In this document: in pieces, positions 1 through 5,072 of the stretch
How positions within the stretch are numbered: position 1 is the first letter of the stretch
Layout: every line of letters begins with the position of its first letter
Source of the DNA: Candidatus Iainarchaeum sp.
Lineage (GTDB): Archaea; Iainarchaeota; Iainarchaeia; Iainarchaeales; CSSED10-239
Direction of reading: 5' to 3'
Assembly: GCA_028700115.1 (NCBI GenBank)
Contig: JAQVTI010000029.1
Coordinates: forward strand, 1 to 5,083
Length of the DNA: 5,083 bases
Program-made: the position numbers and the translations under genes
The notes under the pieces: generated by a model
Seen by the model: only the letters and a program-made list of their open reading frames with translations
Database searches by the model: none
What the model was told of the DNA's origin: nothing

Positions 1-49
1 TTTTTTGTATTCTTTTTTTCTTTTTTGCTAAATAATCTTCGTAAGTCAT
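1..49 (-). CDS. 5' end of a truncated gene (MTYEDYLAKKKKRIQK...), hypothetical protein running off the left edge
   Basis: ATG at 49-47 (complement) opens a frame with no stop to the window edge. It begins 5 nt after the TGA of the preceding minus-strand ORF, matching the operon spacing seen elsewhere. Confidence 0.5.
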   Translation of the reverse strand, partial: MTYEDYLAKKKKRIQK

Positions 50-54
50 AATTC

Positions 55-276
55 TCAGTATTTATTTTTATAATATCTTCTTTTTTTTATTCTTTTTTCC
101 ATTTTTATAAGTTCTGGATAATATCTACTTCCAAGTTCTTTAATATGATCTTTTGCTGTTGATCTTGCAAATTGTTTTAGAGTCATTTTACATTTTGTTT
201 TTTTCATTTTGTTATATGTATTTTTATGTTCTCTTTCTATTTTAGTTCCAAGTTTTAATGATTTTTTATATTTCAT
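55..276 (-). CDS. 73-aa basic protein, possibly DUF5661-like
   Basis: Supplied ORF. The pattern LGTKIEREH...FARSTAKDHIKELGSRYYPELIKMEKRI resembles the G-x-x-x-E-x-EH...A-x-DHL-x-E-x-x-x-YY-x-x-L-x-x-ME arrangement I associate with small DUF5661-type proteins. This is from recall and needs a profile search. Confidence 0.65.
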   Translation of the reverse strand: MKYKKSLKLGTKIEREHKNTYNKMKKTKCKMTLKQFARSTAKDHIKELGSRYYPELIKMEKRIKKRRYYKNKY

Positions 277-329
277 ATTTTTCTTCTTTTTTATTTTTAA
301 TTTTTACTAATATATGTATTTTTCTTTAT

Positions 330-809
330 TCATATATCCCAGCTTCCGTTCTGAATTTTATTTTTTATTCTTTGGGTTGGTGTTATAAAAAATGAAAATA
401 TTGGTATTCCTATTGTAATTACTATTATAAATACCCATGTTAGTACAATTGCTACAGGATTACTACCACTAACATTTACTACACTTTCTATTACATTAAG
501 TAATATTGTTAGAACTAATGGTGCGATTAGAATACAAAGTACAAATACAAATCCAGTAATCATACTATCAAATAATCTAAAAATAGTATCTATAAAATCT
601 TTATCAGAATAAAAAATAATTAATGGTATTCCTAAATAAAAGAATAAACAGAAAATTATAAATGATACATACATTAATGGCACAGCTGAATTTCCTATTA
701 AAGAAATTACATTATTTTTTGCTGTTGACCATGAACTAAAGATAATACTAGTTAAAAATAAATTAATTATTAAACAAAAAACAGGTAATATTTTATTTCC
801 TACATTCAT
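330..809 (-). CDS. 159-aa multi-pass membrane protein (about 4 TM segments), function unknown
   Basis: Supplied ORF with hydrophobic stretches ILPVFCLIINLFLTSIIF, VPLMYVSFIIFCLFFYLGIPLIIF, ITGFVFVLCILIAPLVLTILLNVI and AIVLTWVFIIVITIGIPIFSFFI, and a short basic C-terminal tail. Confidence 0.75.
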   Translation of the reverse strand: MNVGNKILPVFCLIINLFLTSIIFSSWSTAKNNVISLIGNSAVPLMYVSFIIFCLFFYLGIPLIIFYSDKDFIDTIFRLFDSMITGFVFVLCILIAPLVLTILLNVIESVVNVSGSNPVAIVLTWVFIIVITIGIPIFSFFITPTQRIKNKIQNGSWDI

Positions 810-876
810 ATTTTTCTAATTTATAAATTAAACAATTATATTATACAGCAAAAGTTTTTTAAACTAATTGTTTTTT

Positions 877-1422
877 TTATTTTTTTTCTTTTTCTTCATC
901 TTTTAATTTTTTTAAAAATAAATTATCTGTTTCATCAATATGTGATTCTTTTTTACCAAATCCTTGGTTCGCAAAATGATTATCTTCTCTATTTCTTTCT
1001 AGTATGGATATTGATTCTATTATATTATATAAAAAATCAGTTACTGATTCTGTTGATTTAATCATTTCTTTTTCAATTTCTTTTGCTTTTTTTTTAATTT
1101 TTTCTTCTACTTGTTTTTGTGTTTCATTTTCATTTGTTATATATTCCATTTTTTTAGTTTTTTCGTTAAATGTAATATATTGATTTTTAGTTAATATTTC
1201 TATGTGTTTTAATTTACTTATTAAAAAGTCATTTATAAGTTTCATTAATTTTCTTTGATTTCTTACAAATGTTTTTTTTCTTGGTTCTGAATGCAAATAT
1301 GCTAATACAAGATTTGCATTTTTATTGTTTTGTTCAAATTGGTACAAATATTTATACAAATCTTTATCATCATCAAATACTTCATTATTATCTATTAATT
1401 TTTCATCTTTGTATTCCATCAT
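877..1422 (-). CDS. 181-aa charged, predominantly helical soluble protein, function unknown
   Basis: Supplied ORF. Its ATG overlaps the upstream stop as ATGA (1419-1422). Rich in E/K/N with a coiled-coil-like composition. Confidence 0.75.
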   Translation of the reverse strand: MMEYKDEKLIDNNEVFDDDKDLYKYLYQFEQNNKNANLVLAYLHSEPRKKTFVRNQRKLMKLINDFLISKLKHIEILTKNQYITFNEKTKKMEYITNENETQKQVEEKIKKKAKEIEKEMIKSTESVTDFLYNIIESISILERNREDNHFANQGFGKKESHIDETDNLFLKKLKDEEKEKK

Positions 1423-2156
1423 TTTACACCTAATTTATAAGTAATTTTTTGACTTTTTATCTGTCCAAAAATTCGTTTCATAAAAATATTATTAGTTTTT
1501 AGGTCTATAGCAAGTTGTAGTTCATCTTCTCCACCACCAGATGGATCAATTTCTCTATTATCTATATTTGCACTATTAAGTATTTGATTTAATTCTTGTA
1601 ATGATAAACATGAATATGTTGCATATCCTAAATATGTATTTTTTTCTTTTGTTGTCCAATTATCCCCATAAAATTCAACAATAGTATCTGAATATTTAGC
1701 TAATGCTTTATTAGATTTGATTGCTAAATTTTTTTTTTTAGTATCTTTTATATTATGCAATTCTATTATTTCTCTTACTTTTTTATTTACATCAAACCCA
1801 ATACCAGGTTTTCTCCAAAAAGTTATTTCTTTAGTATTTTTAATATTTTCTTTCGCAAAATTTTTAATCAATTCACTTTCAGCATATATTTTTTGTTGTC
1901 TTATATTAATTATTTCATTTAATTTATTTTCTTTATTTTTAGTTAATCTAATACGAACTTTTGTTGGTATTTTTCTACTTTTATTTTCTTTTTGGTAACC
2001 CACATAATTTTCTTGTTTTATTGTTGGATCATATGGATAATAATTTGCTTTTCTTTTTTTGGTATCATATATATATACATATTTTCCTTTTCTACTTTTA
2101 TTGTTTAATTCTACTATTTTAAATCTATACTTTTCTTCATTCATTATTATCATCAT
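1419..2156 (-). CDS. Soluble protein of up to 245 aa, function unknown; true start may be an internal Met (MNEEKY..., start at 2144)
   Basis: Long supplied ORF with non-repetitive, mixed composition. Overlaps the upstream ORF end. The MMIIMNEEKY start region is ambiguous. Confidence 0.8.
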   Translation of the reverse strand: MMIIMNEEKYRFKIVELNNKSRKGKYVYIYDTKKRKANYYPYDPTIKQENYVGYQKENKSRKIPTKVRIRLTKNKENKLNEIINIRQQKIYAESELIKNFAKENIKNTKEITFWRKPGIGFDVNKKVREIIELHNIKDTKKKNLAIKSNKALAKYSDTIVEFYGDNWTTKEKNTYLGYATYSCLSLQELNQILNSANIDNREIDPSGGGEDELQLAIDLKTNNIFMKRIFGQIKSQKITYKLGVK

Positions 2157-2382
2157 TTATTACATTTTCAATTTCTTTATATTTATACATTGCATAAGTT
2201 TTAATTGCCAAATCAAAAAATAAAACAGCATAATTCATAGCAAAAATACTAAATATTATTACAAAAATTATTTTTTTTGTTTCATATGCTAATAGTACTA
2301 ACCAAATCATTGTGATCATGCTTATTATAAATGATTGTAATGTCCAAAATATGTTTCTTTTTGTTATTTTATTTATTTTCAT
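2137..2382 (-). CDS. 81-aa small membrane protein (2 TM)
   Basis: Supplied ORF with hydrophobic segments FIISMITMIWLVLLAY and IIFVIIFSIFAMNYAVLFF. Starts 2 nt after the upstream stop. Confidence 0.7.
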   Translation of the reverse strand: MKINKITKRNIFWTLQSFIISMITMIWLVLLAYETKKIIFVIIFSIFAMNYAVLFFDLAIKTYAMYKYKEIENVINDDNNE

Positions 2383-2384
2383 AT

Positions 2385-3233
2385 TTATTTCTTTTTAAAT
2401 AATTTATTAATTATTACACCACCAATTACTGGTAATGTATTCATATCCACAGCACCACTTGTATTTTTAACTATTTGAACTGCTGGTTCTTTACTTAACC
2501 CTAAAGCATTAAAAAGATATGGTAATCCATATATTATTCCTACAATAACAGCAATTCCTATAACTGCATAAATTAAAATATCTGTTATTTCTAATTTTTT
2601 TTTATTTTCATCAAGTTTATTTTCTTCTTTAGCTTGTGCCCATGTTAATTCTATTATAGATGTTACTTTTTCAGAATCATGTATAGGTTTAACTGGATAA
2701 TCAAAAGTTTCATTTACATGATGTATTAAAACTTTATAAGTATCTCCAAATAAGTCTGCATCATAACAGTTATTAGTGTCTAACCATATTCTTCTTTTTT
2801 TTCTAGTGTTTGGTATTAAAAACCACCCAGTTTCTGCATTTTGGTATATTTCTAACTTTAGATTATTTCTCATTAGAAATAATAATGGGTCTTTTAATAT
2901 TTTTACTGCTTCTTTTTTATTATTATTTTCTATTAGAAATGTATATTGTTTTTTTAATTCTTGTAAATTAATATTGTTTTCTTTTGCATTTTTAATAAAT
3001 TTTTTTCTAATTTTTAAAATTTTTTCTTCATATTTTTTATTAATTTTTTCTTCTTTATTTATATTAGTTTTAATTTTATTTTTAGTTTTTAATATATTAC
3101 TAATTTTAATATTATATAATGTATTTTTAAAATTATTTATTATTCCTTTTTCATCATTAGTTTTAATTGGTAAATTTGGAATTTTTATTTTGTCTAATTC
3201 ATCTATTGTATTTTCCTTTATTTCTTTACTCAT
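2385..3233 (-). CDS. 282-aa protein: Lys/Glu-rich helical N-terminal region, compact central domain, C-terminal TM segment and short basic tail
   Basis: Largest supplied ORF. Contains GWFLIPNTRKKRRIWLDTNNCYDADLFGDTYKVLIHHVNETFDYPV followed by the TM ILIYAVIGIAVIVGIIYGLPYLFNAL and the tail VGGVIINKLFKKK-like (PVIGGVIINKLFKKK). Confidence 0.85.
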   Translation of the reverse strand: MSKEIKENTIDELDKIKIPNLPIKTNDEKGIINNFKNTLYNIKISNILKTKNKIKTNINKEEKINKKYEEKILKIRKKFIKNAKENNINLQELKKQYTFLIENNNKKEAVKILKDPLLFLMRNNLKLEIYQNAETGWFLIPNTRKKRRIWLDTNNCYDADLFGDTYKVLIHHVNETFDYPVKPIHDSEKVTSIIELTWAQAKEENKLDENKKKLEITDILIYAVIGIAVIVGIIYGLPYLFNALGLSKEPAVQIVKNTSGAVDMNTLPVIGGVIINKLFKKK

Positions 3234-3253
3234 TTAAATTCACTTTTTAAAAA

Positions 3254-3262
3254 AAATATAAA
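3254..3262 (-). promoter_or_regulatory. Possible TATA-like element (TTTATATTT) for the 282-aa ORF
   Basis: Minus-strand CCCCTTTATATTTTTTTT, centred about 25 nt before the ATG at 3233. This spacing would fit an archaeal promoter giving a leaderless or near-leaderless mRNA. It overlaps the hairpin's T-run, so it is ambiguous. Confidence 0.3.
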
Positions 3263-3278
3263 GGGGTATATCCCCTTT
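3260..3278. terminator. Candidate bidirectional terminator hairpin AAAGGGG-TATAT-CCCCTTT
   Basis: 7-bp perfect stem with a 5-nt loop. T-run to the right on the + strand; on the minus strand the hairpin is followed by TATATTTTTTTT. It lies just after the 43-aa minus-strand ORF. Confidence 0.55.
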
Positions 3279-3289
3279 TTTGTTATATG

Positions 3290-3305
3290 TAACAACATAA
3301 CAACT
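3290..3305. repeat. 8-nt tandem direct repeat TAACAACA / TAACAACT
   Basis: Read directly: taacaaca (3290-3297), taacaact (3298-3305). The first copy also pairs with TTGTTA at 3280-3285. Confidence 0.6.
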
Positions 3306-3435
3306 ATTCTATTTCAGGTTCGTTTTGTGGTTCTTTTTTTTCTTTTTTTAAATATTTAGAATTAAATAAATCTACCAAAATATTTAAACTATTTTCTATG
3401 TTTGTTAATCTCATATCTAATTCTCTATCGTCCAT
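3304..3435 (-). CDS. 43-aa acidic/coiled small protein MDDRELDMRLTNIENSLNILVDLFNSKYLKKEKKEPQNEPEIE (absent from the ORF track)
   Basis: Hand-translated complement of 3435-3304: ATG start, uninterrupted frame, TAG stop. It starts 8 nt after the stop of the 134-aa ORF, with an AGGT motif just upstream. Confidence 0.6.
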   Translation of the reverse strand: MDDRELDMRLTNIENSLNILVDLFNSKYLKKEKKEPQNEPEIE

Positions 3436-3443
3436 GTTATTAC

Positions 3444-3848
3444 CTATATATTATCTTTAAAATCTTCTATTTTTTTTGGTATTTCTAAACCACATTTTAC
3501 CCATACATTATCAACATTAAGATATTCCAAACCTAAAAAAGTACCATATTTATTTTTATATTCAATTACTTGATATAATGTTTGTGTGGGTTTATTATCA
3601 GCAGATAATAATGAATTAGCCATAGTTTCAGTTAATTTGATCCAAACATTTTCATATTGTTTTTGGTTTATATCAATTAAACTAACTGGTATTGTGTAGG
3701 AATCGTATTTTCCTTTTTTACAGATTGGTTTATTTATTTGTGGTACAAATTTATCTCCAATTTCTACAATGCCTTCAGTTAAAATTTCTCCATTTTTGGT
3801 TTTTAGTATTTCTCCTTCTTTATTAACTAACATTTCTTTTTTTACCAT
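3444..3848 (-). CDS. 134-aa soluble, probably beta-rich protein, function unknown
   Basis: Supplied ORF with AGAGGCGAT-type ribosome-binding sequence upstream of the ATG and normal mixed composition (SYTIPVSLIDINQKQYENVWIKLTETM...). Confidence 0.8.
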   Translation of the reverse strand: MVKKEMLVNKEGEILKTKNGEILTEGIVEIGDKFVPQINKPICKKGKYDSYTIPVSLIDINQKQYENVWIKLTETMANSLLSADNKPTQTLYQVIEYKNKYGTFLGLEYLNVDNVWVKCGLEIPKKIEDFKDNI

Positions 3849-3886
3849 TTTTTATCGCCTCTTTCTTTATTTGTTATACTATATTA

Positions 3887-3948
3887 AGAATTATTTGCAT
3901 AATTCTATAAATATTATGCAACAAACAGTTTATAAACCTATTGTTGCA
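3887..3948. promoter_or_regulatory. Control region with three overlapping inverted repeats and TATA-like cores
   Basis: AGAATTAT-ttgc-ATAATTCT (3887-3906); TTGCATAAT-N9-ATTATGCAA (3895-3921); TGCAACAA-N16-TTGTTGCA (3917-3948) concentric with the perfect palindrome GTTTATAAAC (3928-3937). Located in the largest gap between minus-strand genes, upstream of the 134-aa ORF. Confidence 0.6.
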
Positions 3949-3958
3949 AAATTTATTT

Positions 3959-4111
3959 TTATTTTTTTTGTTTATATTCTTTCAACAATTTTTTTTTAAA
4001 TTTTAAATTATTTTCTAATTTAAGAATACTTAATTGTAAATCATTTATTTTCCAATTTAAATAATCAATTCCAGTTTTTTCAGAAACTTTTTGATCATGT
4101 ATTTTTATCAC
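3959..4111 (-). CDS. 50-aa GTG-initiated lysine-rich helical protein MIKIHDQKVSEKTGIDYLNWKINDLQLSILKLENNLKFKKKLLKEYKQKK (absent from the ORF track)
   Basis: Hand-translated. The minus strand reads ...AAAGGAGATGAAAATGTGATAAAA..., with GGAG 8 nt before GTG, and GTG overlapping the upstream stop as GTGA. Ends in TAA at 3961-3959. Confidence 0.65.
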   Translation of the reverse strand: MIKIHDQKVSEKTGIDYLNWKINDLQLSILKLENNLKFKKKLLKEYKQKK

Positions 4112-4371
4112 ATTTTCATCTCCTTTTCTTTTTTTATTTCTTTTATTGATAATATTATTCCAATTATTAGTCCACTAGGCATAATAAATAAACCATATAA
4201 ATCTATTTTATCTATAATTTTATAACTAATATTTAATTTATCACGTAATATATTACAAGACATAGAACCTGCGCAATTTTTATAGTTATAATCATTATTA
4301 ATTACATTATAAATTGCTAAAATCATAGCTAATATAAAAAACCCCCATAATATTTTATTTATTTTTTTCAT
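4108..4371 (-). CDS. 87-aa small membrane protein (2 TM) with a Cys-x5-Cys connecting loop
   Basis: Supplied ORF with hydrophobic segments ILWGFFILAMILAIYNVI and LYGLFIMPSGLIIGIILSI. The loop contains NCAGSMSC. Confidence 0.7.
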   Translation of the reverse strand: MKKINKILWGFFILAMILAIYNVINNDYNYKNCAGSMSCNILRDKLNISYKIIDKIDLYGLFIMPSGLIIGIILSIKEIKKEKEMKM

Positions 4372-4374
4372 TTT

Positions 4375-4563
4375 TTATCTTATTTCATTTTTATTATTAT
4401 TATTTGATTTTATATTATATTTATTTACTAATATATCGGCTTTTTTAATCATATCTTCAAGATTATCTTCTTTAAAACTACTAGATATAAAAATTTCTAT
4501 ATCTTGTAATGTTATTCTAATAATTTTTTCTTTAATATCAATTTTTCTTTTTTCGTCATACAT
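4375..4563 (-). CDS. 62-aa small soluble protein (predicted beta-beta-alpha)
   Basis: Supplied ORF with GAGAGATG-like purine stretch upstream and 3-nt spacing to the next gene. KIIRITLQDIEIFISSS...NLEDMIKKADILVNKY looks like alternating strands followed by an amphipathic helix. Confidence 0.65.
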   Translation of the reverse strand: MYDEKRKIDIKEKIIRITLQDIEIFISSSFKEDNLEDMIKKADILVNKYNIKSNNNNKNEIR

Positions 4564-4601
4564 ATTATTTCATCTCTCTTTAAATTATTTTTTGTATTTT
4601 T

Positions 4602-4865
4602 TTATTCTGTGGTAATTATTATTTTTAATCTGTTTTGATCATTATTTGTTAAGTACATTTCTGTTATTTTTAAACTTCTCCAGAAGCTGTTTATTTCTTC
4701 TAATATATTTTGAAGTTCGTTTATTGTGAGTATACTTTCTTTTAGAGTTATTTTAATTATATACTCTTTTTCTAATATGTACTGTTCTTCTTTTTTTTTT
4801 ATCTTTGTTATTTTATTTATATTTTTTATTAATTCTGCAAGTTCTTTTGCTCTTGTTTTATTCAT
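4602..4865 (-). CDS. 87-aa small soluble protein, function unknown
   Basis: Supplied ORF with a clear AAGGTGG ribosome-binding sequence 5 nt before the ATG (minus strand AAAAGGTGGAAAAATG). Confidence 0.7.
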   Translation of the reverse strand: MNKTRAKELAELIKNINKITKIKKKEEQYILEKEYIIKITLKESILTINELQNILEEINSFWRSLKITEMYLTNNDQNRLKIIITTE

Positions 4866-4880
4866 TTTTCCACCTTTTTT

Positions 4881-5072
4881 TTAATTTTCGGATTTAAATC
4901 TTACTAATCCACATATTCTTATCCATATTAAAAATATTAGTACAAATATCATATTAATTTTCAATTCTATATTTTTAGTAAATACAAATATAGTTAATAT
5001 ACCCATTCCAGCAATTAAATATAACGCCCATGTAAAATTATATTCTTTTTTTATTTTTTTTTGTTTTTCCAT
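4881..5072 (-). CDS. 63-aa small membrane protein (2 TM)
   Basis: Supplied ORF with hydrophobic segments FTWALYLIAGMGILTIFVF and INMIFVLIFLIWIRICGLV and a basic N-terminus. Compact spacing to the next gene. Confidence 0.65.
   Translation of the reverse strand: MEKQKKIKKEYNFTWALYLIAGMGILTIFVFTKNIELKINMIFVLIFLIWIRICGLVRFKSEN

Noticed and set aside
840-845. Bacterial sigma-70 promoter with -10 TATAAT on the minus strand
   Set aside because: No recognisable -35 at 16-18 nt spacing. TATAAT is common by chance in this AT-rich DNA.
851-867. AGTTT/AAACT mini-hairpin between the 181-aa and 159-aa ORFs as a terminator
   Set aside because: A 5-bp A/T-only stem without G/C is too weak and likely to arise by chance here.
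1717-1998. 93-aa plus-strand ORF
   Set aside because: Fully inside and antisense to the 245-aa ORF, with the same hydrophobic shadow composition.
2385-3233. Assigning the 282-aa protein to a known secretion, pilus or viral fusion family
   Set aside because: A single TM segment plus charged helices is not diagnostic, and I could not identify a conserved family motif.
2776-3237. 153-aa plus-strand ORF, strongly hydrophobic
   Set aside because: It is antisense to the 282-aa ORF. Its Phe/Leu/Ile richness is the expected shadow of Lys/Asn/Glu codons on the other strand, and there is no supporting start context or operon logic.
3769-3999. 76-aa plus-strand ORF crossing the 3849-3958 gap
   Set aside because: Largely antisense to the ends of two minus-strand genes. 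Its tail is F/I-rich from poly-T, and the dyad structure explains the gap better.
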